From the human T2T-CHM13v2.0 reference genome, Homo sapiens, in the NCBI RefSeq assembly GCF_009914755.1, contig NC_060944.1: DNA of 64,000 nt; one strand, given 5' to 3'. The notes under the pieces were generated by a model that ran no database searches, was not told the origin of the DNA, and saw only the letters and a program-made list of their open reading frames with translations. Positions 12,488-23,899 of this stretch are shown here, one piece after another (within the stretch, counting starts at the first letter, position 1; each line of letters begins with the position of its first letter). The position numbers were made by a program, and so were the translations under genes.

Positions 12488-12953
12488 AGAGGTAAACTTG
12501 GAGGGAATTATGCTAAGTGAAATAAGCCAGGCAGAAGAAGACAAATACTGCACAATCTCACTTATATGTGGAATACAACAAAGTTGAACTCATAGAAGCA
12601 GGGAGTAGAATGATGGTTGCTAGTGGCTGGGGGTTGGGGGTGGAGAAAATTGGGAGATATTGGTCAAAGAGTACAAAGTTACAATTTTGCAGGATGAATA
12701 ATTTCAGGAGATCTATTGTACAGTATGGTGACTACAGTTAATAAAAATTTATTGTATACTTGAAAATTGCTGAGAGTAGACCTTAAATATTCTTACCACA
12801 AAAATAATAAATACGTAAAGTGGTAAAAATGTTAATCATCTTTATTCAATCATTTCACAGTGTATGCACCTATCAAAAATCATGTTGTACACCCTAAATA
12901 TATACAATTTTAATTTGTCAATTATACCTTAATAAAGCTGAGAAAAATTAAAA
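12488..12953 (+). mobile_element. L1MA9/MA10/MB-type 3' end
   Basis: ttatgctaagtgaaataagccag...tgtcaattataccttaataaagctg. Confidence 0.85.
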
Positions 12954-13830
12954 ACATTCTAGAAGTATTTTTCAAATTTGCCTCCTCTATTTTTCATTAC
13001 CATTTTCTTTAATCATTTTTAAAATCTCTTCCATAAATCAAGGTATTACTTCTTAATTTTCCTATTTGTTATGCCTGGTGACTCTCCATAGTTGTGGTTC
13101 ATTTTCTTATTTGGTTTGTAATTTCTGATTCTGAACTCATCTTCAGCAGTGATTGATTGCTCTGGTAGAATCCAGTAGTTCTGTCTAGCAGAATCTTCTT
13201 TTGTGAATCTTCATGCTAATACCTGGGATTTTTCTGGTTCCCCTTCAAAGCCTAAACAGTTCTTTGAGGATTTCATGTTTATATACATTTCTAATTCGAC
13301 CCTTGCTTTATACAGACCTTGGGTTGTATATTCCTATCCTTCTGTGGACAGTGAAACCCCTGCCATCTGTTCCTGACTCTGAAAGCATCCTGAACCATTG
13401 CAGTGTCAGCTCATACATTTCCTGCCTTTATCTTAGCATCTTGAGATATATTTTTCTTTCTTTCAAGAGCTTCTATGAATTTTTAAATAAAAATTTATAT
13501 CTTGGATTTTACTCAGGATTTCTGTCAGTTTGTTATGGGAGGGAGTACTTTTTTCAGAACTCCTGGTATGTCATTTTTCTAGAAATTCAAAATCTCTTCA
13601 TTTTATTTTTAACTTTTATAATTATATTATCTCTGCAATTTTTCTTGATCTTAAATTACCTTTGTGTCTGACTGCAGTAGTTTTAGTAGTTTGATTCTTT
13701 TCCCTAATACTTTTTTGCCCTTTTACTTATTTAATCTGATTCTTCTGAATGCCCATTTTTTTTTTAATTGAAGTATCTCTTTTTAGATTCAGGGTCTTTT
13801 GACTCTTGACAAAACATAAAACCCTTTAGA

Positions 13831-14000
13831 GCAGTGCTTCTCAACCTGCTGTCTAGAGGCTACCAGCATTAGAACCATCTTGATTCTTTCTTAGAATTGA
13901 AAATTCCCTGGCGTTCCTCTCATTCAACATGATCAAAATCATGGAGGCAGGATCCCAGAATCTATATTTCAAACAAAGATTCTATACACTTGGAGAATTG
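13831..14000. mobile_element. MER5-family hAT element
   Basis: cagtgcttctcaacctg...cccagaatctatattt...tggagaattg. Confidence 0.6.
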
Positions 14001-14302
14001 CTATTAAATGAAAAGATCAATCTTATCCAGTATCAGTTCATAGTTAAATAAGGTTTAAGTTTTCTTATTTGTGTTTCTACATGTTTTTACACAGTCCTCT
14101 AGCCCGAAAGTAGGAAGACAAATGTCCAGGTTTTCTCTGAATTCCAGTTCCCAACTTGGACATCCAGAAGCCTCTGGTGAGTCAGGAAGGAGCTAAGGCT
14201 AGAAACCCTGGTGGATCTGGTGGTGGCACAGAGGAGGCCTTCATCAGTGGGACATCCAACATCTTCTCCACATTTGACATGGTGTCCAGAATTGTCCCAT
14301 TC

Positions 14303-14603
14303 TTTTTTTTTTTTTTCTGAGATGGAGTCTTGCTCTGTTGCCCAGGCTTCAGTAGAGTGGCACAATCTCAGCTCACTGCAACCTCTGCCTCCCGGGTTCA
14401 AATGATTGCTGGGCCTCAGCCTCCTGAGTAGCTGGGATTACAGGAGTACACCACCATGCTCGGCTAATTTTTGTATTTTTAGTAATGATGGAGTTTTGCT
14501 ATGTTGGCCAGTCTGGTCTTGAAATTCTGACTTCAAGTGATTCTCCCACCTTGGCCTCCCAAAACGCTAGATTACAGGCATGAGTGAGCCACCGTACCTG
14601 GCC
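14303..14603 (-). mobile_element. AluS, full length
   Basis: Poly-T then Alu reverse complement; TSD ccag(aat/gag)tgtcccattct. Confidence 0.97.
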
Positions 14604-16214
14604 CAGGAGTGTCCCATTCTCAGGCCTTACATACTAGTAGGTCCTTTATCTGCCCTTGGTGGCTGATGAAGCTGGAAGATGTAGAGGACCACCAAGAGCC
14701 ATGGTGGAAACAAGATGCTATTGACCTCCAGTGGTGAGATGGACCCCACATAGGCTGGCCCCATTGCCCTCAGATTGACTTATCAGCAGCTCAACCCTAT
14801 GAGTCAATTTCTGCTGGGGGCCTTCTTCTCTCTCTCTAGACAGGCTATCCTTTAAAAGAGGAAGTCAGGCTTGTGCCATCCTTCTTTCCCCTCCCATCTG
14901 AATATTTTGGGGGGCTGGTCAAGATTTTGGTCCCTGTGTATGGTCTTTTGGGCATTTTAGTGGGACTCTGAGAAGGCAGAGGCTTTATCAGTTTCCTTTA
15001 TGTATATTAATGAGTTTCTTGGAATATTTTCACAGCATGGGTGTGAGGATGAGCTACAAGAATTTTCAATGTGAAGTTGAGTGATTTTGCAGTTGAGTCG
15101 GACAACAACTCTGAAGGTTGCTCTTATTTCCCCATATTTATGGCCTCTCAAGTATTAGTAAATCTAAAGTATGTGATCCAATAATTTAGCAAAGTTTAAC
15201 TTGATGGGTTCAATAATTTAAAAATTTTAAAGAAGCAATGGGTTAGTAAATTTGTAGTTATTTTCTAGGTAAAATAGTAAATGATATTATTTTAAGATTA
15301 AATAAAATTTTCACATTGTTTCATTTATACTGAAAAAAAGGATAGTAGAATTTCAAAAGACTGAAAAAATTTATCTATAGGTGGGTTGAAAAATAAATAT
15401 TACAGCTATTTAATTTCCCAATTTCTTTTTTTGTGTGTGTATTTTTACTTCTTTTCTCATGGCATCAACATTTCTGAGCCTTTTGCTGCTAGTTGTCTAA
15501 AAGCCATTTGGCCTTTCAGCTCAAATCACAAACCCCAATCTCTAACTTCCTTGAGGTTGCAACTTGAGCACCTGAAAATGTGGCCAGCTTCAAGCCAGAG
15601 TGAAAATGTTTTTTTCTTTCATCCCTTTTGACAGCATCCCAACTAACACCACTGCAAGAGGGAAATGTCAAATTGAGGTGAACACCCAGCTCAGGTCTGA
15701 TCTCTGAGCCATACTGCCTCGTTTGAATAGGGAAACTAGGAAAGGAGGGGTGATAACTCAGCCATTTCTAAAAAAGGAAAATGATAACAACCTTTGGAGG
15801 GCCAGCCATAGAAAACAGCCCTGTGAGTGCATGTCAAAGCAGCCAATCTGCTTCTGCTTAGGCAGATGTCATGGGCCTGGATCAAAGGAAGGCCTGCTCC
15901 GTGCCATGTGCTCCTATGAAAGAGAAAGTGGGTGGAAACTGGAGGCTTTTGTTGGTCTTCGGTGTTTTCTTAACAAGAGAACAGCCTCCTAGAGAAACAG
16001 CGAAAGAGCCAGGTTTCTGCAGGAGAGGATCCCACGGAGCAGCGTTGGCTGAGGTCCCTTCAGTGTGGCAAGATGCTGCTCTCTCTGGTGGAGGGATTTG
16101 GGTTCACTTCCTCGACGGAGGTGGTTCCCTGAGGCCACCCAACATTCACCAGGCTCACTGCCCCATCCTTGCTCTTCCATGCTGCCTCTGTGCTCCTGGT
16201 CAGGATGTTTGTCA

Positions 16215-16340
16215 GTGCTTGAGAAGGGAATTACCATGCCCATTTTAGAATGGAAGAAAATTAGGTTCAATAGAGTGCCCTAGGGCACAAAGCTTATATA
16301 CCCGAGTCTGGATTAAAATTTAGGCCTGCCTGATGCTAAA
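16215..16340 (-). mobile_element. MIR fragment
   Basis: cccattttagaatggaagaaaattaggttca...taggcctgcctga. Confidence 0.55.
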
Positions 16341-16421
16341 TAGCATGATGTTGGGCAATCCACTCACTGTCTCTGGTTCTTACTTTTCTCTCTGACATGG
16401 GTGATTGTTAAGGTCAGATGG

Positions 16422-17240
16422 CATTCATTCATTCAACAAACATTGTGTGCTAACTCTGTGCCAGAAACTCTTCCAGGTGCTACAGATGTAGCAACAAACA
16501 TCCCTGCCTTCACGGAACTTCCCATTTGGTAAGGGAACACAGACAGTAAACAAAGATAATGTCATATGCAGTATTTCAGAGAGTGTCAGGTGCTACATGG
16601 GAGGCGGGTAGGGATGGAGGGGTAAAGAACGCTGGTGGGAGGTATAAGATTTTTAGCTGGGGACTTCAGGGGAAGCCTCATGGATAAAGTGACATTTGAG
16701 TAAGGAGATGGGAGACTGAGCTACATGGATAATTAGGGGACAATATTACAGGACGAGTGAGTATGTGCCAAGTCTCTGATGCAGGAGTGAATGTGGCACA
16801 TGCAAGGAAAAACAAGAAGTCACTGTGGCTGGAGTGGATCGAAGGAGAGGGTGTCTTGGTCCTTTCGCGCTGTTTTAACAAAATACTGTAAGGTGCCAGC
16901 AGATCCAGTATCCGCTTTCTGGTTCAGAGACAGCACCTCCTTGCTATAATATCCTTATGTAGCAGAAGGGGCAAAGCAGCTCTATGTGGTCCCTTTTTTA
17001 TAAGGGCACTTATTTCAGTTATTAGGACTCTTCCTTTATGACCTAATCATCTCCCAACAGTCCCATCTTCTAACAGCATCACGTTGGGGGTAAAGATTTC
17101 AACTTAGGTATTTTTGGAGACACAAATATTCAGACCATAGCAGAGGGAAAGTAGAACAGGATGCCATAGAGGTAATGTTGTGGTGCATGGGAGGGGGAAG
17201 GTTGTCACACACAGCAATCTGTAGGCCTTTATAAGAGATG
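16422..17240 (-). mobile_element. L2a 3' region split by an MST LTR
   Basis: cattcattcattcaacaaacatt...ccctgccttcacggaactt...gtgacatttgag. Confidence 0.8.
16852..17142 (-). mobile_element. MST-type (MSTC-like) MaLR solo LTR, internally deleted
   Basis: tgtcttggtcc...ttcagaccatagca; exact 5-bp TSD gaggg (16847-16851, 17143-17147). Confidence 0.85.
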
Positions 17241-18054
17241 ATGTATATAAAAACATTTTTGATGGTCAAAGGGCTGTCTAAATATATATGCAATAATGTA
17301 TACATATCTGTTTTGGGATTTGGGTTCTAGACTCAGTCTGCATAGTAGGTTTTAGTGTCTCACTCTCAGTTCTGAAATTCTGGCTCTTGGAAAGTCATTG
17401 TTCTCAAATGGGATGCCATGATTTGTAGGTGTAATCTATCCCATTGCAGGCATTAAATTCTTGATAAACACATAACATACGTTCTTTTCTGAAATTGAAT
17501 TTGTGGCTACTATGGCTGTGCATGGATTTTTAAGTTGACTGGGGTTATTATGGGGTGCAATGTCTTAAGATTATAAAAGCTGAGTTGTAGCTTAATGCCA
17601 AGCCAATATCAAGTAAAGACCTAATTCTCCTGAAATGCATAAGAAGGTCACCTAGTGAGGATGGAAGTGAGGAAGATCAGAATGGTGAACTGACAACTCC
17701 ATCAGCATCCCAGCAATAAAGGGAGAGAAAATGTATTATTCAGTAACTGTGGATGCTTTTATAGACACTGCAAGACATTGTTATTATATAGTAGTGCTTG
17801 TGCTTTCATTATGGTTGACCTGTTACAATCTGTTATTTGGATATTTTAATTCTGCTAAGCATGAACTTCAAATATTCAAAAACGTGTGGCAAAGATATAC
17901 AAGTAAAAAAGAAGGTTGAGAATGAATATTTTAGAACTTAGAGACTGTACGTGCTGTGTTACTGTTGGGTGGATCACTTTTGGCTAATTATGAAATTTAG
18001 ATACACTGATTAGTCAGGTTTGACTCTTGCATTAAATAAATTATTTTGCTTTGA

Positions 18055-18270
18055 CATTGGGTACTTGGTTTACAAAGTACTCTACCTTTCATCATCAGAT
18101 TTTATCCTCACAAAACTCTTGTGGAGGAGGTAGTATGGAATTGTCACCTTCATACTACAAATGAGAAAATAGGGAAATGGCATGGTTTTCCCAGTCACAC
18201 TAGTATATAGTGGCAGCAAAGATGGAATGTGAGTTCAAAGGATCAACAAACTCATAGGTTCTTTCTGTCC
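18055..18270 (-). mobile_element. MIR
   Basis: ttttatcctcacaaaactcttgtggaggaggtag...tacaaatgagaaaa. Confidence 0.6.
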
Positions 18271-18737
18271 TAGACTGACTTGTGAATAATAGCACAATAG
18301 AGGAAGACAGTTGGGTCAAATTAGTTATATGTTGTGTGTAGAAAAACAGCCTTCCAATAATGGCACTTCCCATGTTAATTATTTTGCATGGTGTGTAAAA
18401 AGAGCTTGACACCTATGTAGGAGGTTCAAAGCAGCTCCCAAACTATATTGTCTTCATGCAGCCCAGCTACCGACTGAGTATGGCTAGATTGTCAGTACAC
18501 TGCTAACTTCTGTGTTCTCTCCTGTAATAGCAGACTGGACTCTGCAGGCCTGATCAAGTAGGAATGGGTGGGTTGAAAGTCGTGATCATTATAAATCAAT
18601 TATCTGCAGTTTGCTCAAGTAAGGGTCCTTGTCATTATGCATTATAGCTTAATTTTCCCAACTAAATTGACCTTTCAGTGGCCCATGCCCATTATTGTTT
18701 ATTTTAGAAAACTTCTACCATTGCCCATTCTTTAGAG

Positions 18738-18946
18738 CAGAGCTGCCCAATAGAACTTTATAGAATGATGGATATATTCTGTATCTGCACTGTCTCCTAT
18801 AGTAGCCACTAGACATGCACAGCTATTGAGTGATTGAAATGTGGCTGGTGCAACTAAAGAACTGATTTGTTAATTTATTGGGAATTTTAATTAATTTAAA
18901 TATATATAGCCATGTGTGGCTGGTATCGACTACATGGACAGTGCAG
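18738..18946. mobile_element. MER3 hAT-Charlie
   Basis: cagagctgcccaatagaacttt...gtagccactag...atggacagtgc. Confidence 0.85.
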
Positions 18947-18958
18947 CTCTAGGAATGC

Positions 18959-19359
18959 TGTGATTCCCATGTCTCATTCTCACAGCTGCTGGGTGGCACT
19001 GGCAGTTGACAGCCCTCAAGAGAGTCCTCTGGAAATTTCTGTCAGCCAAAGAAAGCCCCTTGGCCCAGGGTCACACTTCTTTCTGGGACAGCCCACATTC
19101 AGTGACTGGTCTGGGCAGGATATAATGGTCTGGCCCCCTCATCCCAATTTGGAACAGCTCTGAAGGGATATTCTAACTTCAGAACTCCTTATGGGACTGG
19201 CAAGGCTTCTATTGCAACTGTATCCCAGTTCTGTTTCTCCCCTGCCTTGTGTTCTTCCTGCACCCCTCACAGATGTTGACCCCAAGAGCATGCCCCAGTA
19301 ACTGGCTGCATGTGAATGTCTGTCTCAGAGTTGGCTTCTTGGGAGCCTGATTTATGACA
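18959..19359 (+). mobile_element. LTR16-type ERVL solo LTR
   Basis: gttgaccccaagagcatgccccagtaa...ctgtctcagagttggcttcttgggagcctgatttatgaca. Confidence 0.7.
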
Positions 19360-19887
19360 CTGTCCCTGGCCTCCCACCCAATTCTGCACATCTCAGAAAT
19401 AAACTGTTAAAACAAGAAAGCAAATGCATTGTTAATTTTTTCATAACTTGCATTTTACATCAGCCTGGGCCCATATCACACCGGGAAAAGGAAATAAAGT
19501 CATCTGAATAAAGGATACATTTCTGCAAGAAGTTCTCTGTCCAAGGAGTCAGTAGAAGGAAACACTATGAATGACACTGTATTCTAAATTTTGTCACTGT
19601 CACTTTCTCTTCCCCCCACAAAGTCATTTTCTTAATTCAACAAACACTGACTGTGCATGCACCTCCTATATTCTAGACCAACATTAGGGTTCTAGGTGCA
19701 CAGAGATGACAAATGCAGTATGGTTCTTGTTCTCAGTGGCTCATTGTGTGGGTGCAGAAGGAGATGTTCAGGAGGCATTAGATAATCCAGTGCCAAAAGT
19801 GCCACATTTAAGGTACCAGGGTACACTGAAGATATGCAGAAGGAGGAGGGACTCTTCTGTGGGGATCAGGAAACTGTGACTCTCAGA

Positions 19888-20185
19888 CTAGTTTTGTATG
19901 GGTCATGAGTTAAAAATGTTTTCCAAATTTTATATTGTTGAAAAATACTCAAAAGTAGAATCATATTTCATGATACATGGAAATCACATGAAATTCAAAT
20001 TTCAGTGTCTATACAGAAAATCTTATTGGACCACAGCCATGCTCATTAGTTTACATATCATCTATGGCTGCTTTCACACACCACCACCAGGGTTGAGTAG
20101 TTGCAGCAGAAAGTGTATACCACCTGTAAGGCAGAAAGTAAGATATTTACTCTCTGGCCCTCTACAGGAAGTTTGCCGACTCTTG
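19888..20185. mobile_element. MER58B hAT-Charlie (one end missing)
   Basis: atgaaattcaaatttcagtgtc...tatttactctctggccctctacaggaagtttgccgactcttg. Confidence 0.85.
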
Positions 20186-20379
20186 GGTTAGTGCAATCAA
20201 GGAGGTCTTTCTGTAAAGAGTTGCCTCTGAACTGGGTTTTAAAGCATGAAAGGGAATTTTCCAGGCAGAAGAGGACCAGATGAAGGTAACTCTGGTAGAA
20301 GAAACAGCATGTGCGGAGGCATACAGGCAAGAGGCAGGAGGCAAGAAAGGAATAGTATGCATAAATAATAAGTATTTCA

Positions 20380-20650
20380 GGCTGGGAGAGGTGGCTTACA
20401 CCGGTAATCTCAGAGATTTGGGAGGCCAAGATAGGAAGGTCACTTGAAGCTAGGAGTTAGAGACCAGACTGGGCAACAAAGTGAGACCCCATCGATAAAA
20501 TAAATAAATAAATAAATTAGCTGTTTGGGAGGCTGAAGTTAGAGGATCACTTGAGCCCAGGAGTTCAAGGTTGTAGTAAGCTGTGAATGCACCACTACAT
20601 TCCAGCTTGGGCAGCAGAGGGAAACCCTATCTCTTACAAAAAAAAAAAAA
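20380..20650 (+). mobile_element. AluJ with internal deletion and (AAAT)n linker
   Basis: ggatcacttgagcccaggagttcaagg (J-type right arm); A tail. Confidence 0.92.
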
Positions 20651-20984
20651 TGTTGGTGCATTTGGGACATTTTGTTTGGAGTGAGGTAGGAAGCAAGTAT
20701 GAAAAACTGGATTTTCATGCTAAGGAATTTATTCTTCATTTCTTAAACAGTGAGGAGTCATTGAAGTGTTTTAAGCAGAGGAGTAGTTTGGCCAGTTTGG
20801 GGTTTCAAGGAGATCATTCTGGTGGCCCTTATGGAGGAAGCTTTGGAGGAGGCGAGACCAACACAGGGAGTATTTCAACAATGAAGACACCAAGAGCTTG
20901 ACGTGGAGTAGCAGCGGTGGGGATTCCAGTTCCTATGTGAGCTCAAGAACCCAGAGTGTAGGAAGTTCATTTTGACAGACTGGT

Positions 20985-21170
20985 GGGATGAAGCCAGGAC
21001 ATGGGGCGGGAAAAGGTTAGGAAAGGAAAGAGTGAATCAGAGGCGGGGGTTCTGTGGGTGGACAGGCAGCTGGACAGGCAGCAGCAGAAGCGATGTAGGA
21101 CGCAGCTTGGGGGACAGCTGAAGGGCTTTGGGGTTACAGCAGCGGAAGTGACTTGAGCAGAGGAGGGACT
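20985..21170. promoter_or_regulatory. Candidate GC-box/ETS regulatory element
   Basis: GGGGCGGG 21003, GAGGCGGGGG 21040, CGGAAGTG 21143; several retained CpGs. Confidence 0.3.
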
Positions 21171-21984
21171 CTGGACATCATGGACAATGGGGCACTGGGA
21201 AGTGAGGAGCTGGCGGCAGGGTGGGCACAGGATGATGACGATGATAACAGTAATGATGATAATAGCAATAATAACAGTGGAAGGTCAAAGGCAGCTTCCT
21301 CTGAGATGGCCAGATGAGGGAGGGGGCTAGTGTCCAGCTCACTTTCATAAGGTCGGGCTGTAAGTGGTGAAAAGCAAGCTTTGTATGATAGAAACAGAGG
21401 CCAGCTGCTGCCAGAGGGGAAAGGAAGGTGGAGGCTGAGGTGGGATATTTTCCAAACCCAAGAACCAAAGTAAATAGGAAATGGAATCTTTAATGCTATT
21501 TGAGCTCAAACAAAAGATCACCACAGCTACTTCAGTTGAGTTCCAGTGATCCCTTTCACTTGGCCAGGAATTAGCGAGAGGCCTCCCCAGCTGTGCATCT
21601 CTCCTCTAAGCCTTCACCTGAGAATGAGCTGAGGTTTGAATGAGGCCTTTATCCTGAGAGTTCAGGGGGCTGTTCTGGCTCCCTGATCAAATTCAAACCT
21701 CTGTTTTGGGAGACAGACATGGGAAAAATATTTACCCCTTTCATGTTGACACATGGATGTACAGGGCAATTCTGTCAGAATCTACATGAAGCCAGAGCTG
21801 CATTTTAAGCCAGTATCAGGGGCCACTGTTTTTGGGGTTGCTTAGGTGACCGTGTTTGGGGTCAGTTGCCTGATATAGAGGGAGTGCTAAACAGGGGCTT
21901 GTACAGAAGATGACTTGGGGAGTTTGAGTCCACTTACCCTTCTCTACACTGTGAGAAGCAATAACATTCTTGTTAACCAGTAGT

Positions 21985-22165
21985 ATATAACATTATCTCA
22001 CTTAATCCTTCCAGCAACAGCTCTCTTAAGTTAAAACTAATATTAGCCTTATTGTACAGATGGAGAAACTGATACCAAGAGGAGGCTAGAATAGTTGTGC
22101 AAGTCAGAGTCAGTGGGAAAACCAGATTCAAGCTGAGCAACAAAACAGAAGAGACTCTGATCTTG
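21985..22165 (-). mobile_element. MIR
   Basis: tctcacttaatcctt...tacagatggagaaactga. Confidence 0.65.
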
Positions 22166-22234
22166 TATATCACTGGAGGATTGAGGAATTGGAGGAGCAT
22201 CTTCCAGGGAACGTCTCTGTTGACTGTGGACCAG

Positions 22235-22538
22235 AATGCTCTTCATCTGTCCTCCTGGCTATCTCCTTCTCAACTGTCATGTGTCCTCCCCAGGGTGGCC
22301 TTCTCTGATCACTCAAGCCAAAGGATATCTCAGCATCCTGTACGGTTTTTTCAAGGTACTGGATATAATTGTATTTATTTATTACCATGCCCCCTCATTT
22401 ATTTTGCTTGTTTTCTTCAGTAGAATATAAGCTTTGTGTAGTCCAGGGCTGCGTCTGTATTGCTCACTCTTAAATCCTGGTACCAACTAAAGTGCTTGGT
22501 GCACAGTATGAATGATGCATATTCTGTTGAATGAATGA
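22235..22538 (+). mobile_element. L2 3' end
   Basis: tagaatataagctttg...gtgcttggtgcacagta...tgttgaatgaatga. Confidence 0.75.
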
Positions 22539-22814
22539 CCATTTCAGCTCCCCAGGAATGGGGCCTGGCCAGGAGGCTGGGTTTCCTTGGGAGCCCGAGG
22601 TGGATAGTGTCCCTTTGGTAGGCTAGTTTGAAAGGCAGCAGGGTAGAAAATGACAGCTCAACTTGTGAAAGTAAAGAAGAAAATGTCTCACTTTTCCATT
22701 TATTTTCTGTATTTCAATATGGAAGAGTATAACTGGAGATGGGTGATGCAGTTGTAAGAGAAATGAACCGGTACCTGTTGTAGTGTTGAAAAACAGAATT
22801 AGATGCGGAGGTGA

Positions 22815-23050
22815 ATATTTGTTGTGTATTAGCAGCTGTGATGGCTATCGGCTTTACAGACTTGATCTAATTTTTCCCTCACAATGATGCTGTAATGTAA
22901 TGCTCTAATGCTTTTTGCAAGCTTTTCCATTTTACAGGTGATAAAATAGAGGCTCAAAAAGGGTAAATCAGCCACCATCTGTTCAACATTCAGACAGATG
23001 GTGAAGATGAGATTCTAATGCAGTTGTGTCAAACTTCATAACTCTTTTCA
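22815..23050 (-). mobile_element. MIR
   Basis: ccattttacaggtgataaaatagaggctca. Confidence 0.65.
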
Positions 23051-23051
23051 T

Positions 23052-23285
23052 TAGTGATATGAGTGCAAGAACTTGAGACAGACTGCCTGGGTTCATATTC
23101 CTGGTCTGTCAATTACTGGGGTGTGTGATTTTAGGAAAATTTCTTACCATTTTGTGCCTTAGTTTCCTCATCTAAAAAATTAGGATAATACTGGTGCCTA
23201 TCTTATAAGGTTGTAGGGGGACTAAATAGGTCAATACTGTTCAAGTAAAAAATCTAAAACAATACCTGGCGCTATTGTATATTAT
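23052..23285 (+). mobile_element. MIR, head-to-head with the preceding copy
   Basis: cagactgcctgggttca...gtgccttagtttcctcatct. Confidence 0.8.
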
Positions 23286-23288
23286 TTT

Positions 23289-23327
<39 letters not shown>

Positions 23328-23347
23328 TTCCTCCTCCTCATCATCAT
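23289..23347. repeat. (ATC)13 microsatellite with degenerate tail
   Basis: Direct reading. Confidence 0.95.
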
Positions 23348-23384
23348 TTTATTGGACTAAATACTCTGCTTTTGGCTTCCTACT

Positions 23385-23899
23385 TTATGATTAATTTTGT
23401 ATGTCAATTTGACTGGGTAAAGTGATGGCTAGATAGCCAGTAAGACATTATTTCTGTGTGTTTCTATAAGGGTGTTTCTAGAAGAGATCGGCATTTGAAT
23501 TAGTAGACTGAGTAACAAAGTTTACTCGCATCATGCTGGTGCGCCCCATTCAATCCATTGAGGGCCTGAATAGGACAAGAAGGCAGAGGAAAGGCAAAAT
23601 AGTTCTCTGCTTGAACTGGGACGTCATCTTTTCTTATTACTAGACATTAGTGTTTCTAGTTCTTGGGGCTTTGGACTTGGACTTAGATTATTGGCTTCCC
23701 TGGTTCTCAGGCCATCACATTTGGAATGAAACTCTATCGCTGGATTCCTTGGGCCTTCAGCTTATAGATAGCAGATAGTGGGACTTCTCAGCTTCCATAA
23801 TCATGTGAGCCAATCCCTAATCCCTCGTGAGAAATATCTTCCTATATATTTCTATTTATCCTATTAATTCTGTTTTTCTGAAGAATGCTGACTAATATA
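23385..23899 (+). mobile_element. MLT2 (ERVL) solo LTR
   Basis: attaattttgtatgtcaatttgactggg...ttctgtttttctgaagaatgctgactaatata. Confidence 0.85.

Larger units (their letters stand above)
9720..13750 (-). mobile_element. Old degenerate L1 (L1ME-like) patchwork, interrupted by younger inserts
   Basis: T-rich antisense ORF2 similarity (e.g. ttccacatgaattttaacatcagctt, cctgactttaaagagaatgc); ORF 11230-11553 gives L1 ORF2-like LMLKFMWKSKGPKLVKTILK. Confidence 0.75.
19630..20940 (-). mobile_element. L2 split by MER58B and AluJ
   Basis: ttcaacaaacactgactg...; aggagtcattgaagtgttttaagcagaggag...agatcattctgg. Confidence 0.7.

Noticed and set aside
13213-13671. Longest ORF, 152 aa
   Set aside because: L/F/I/S-biased translation of T-rich degenerate L1-like DNA; no domain or splice support.
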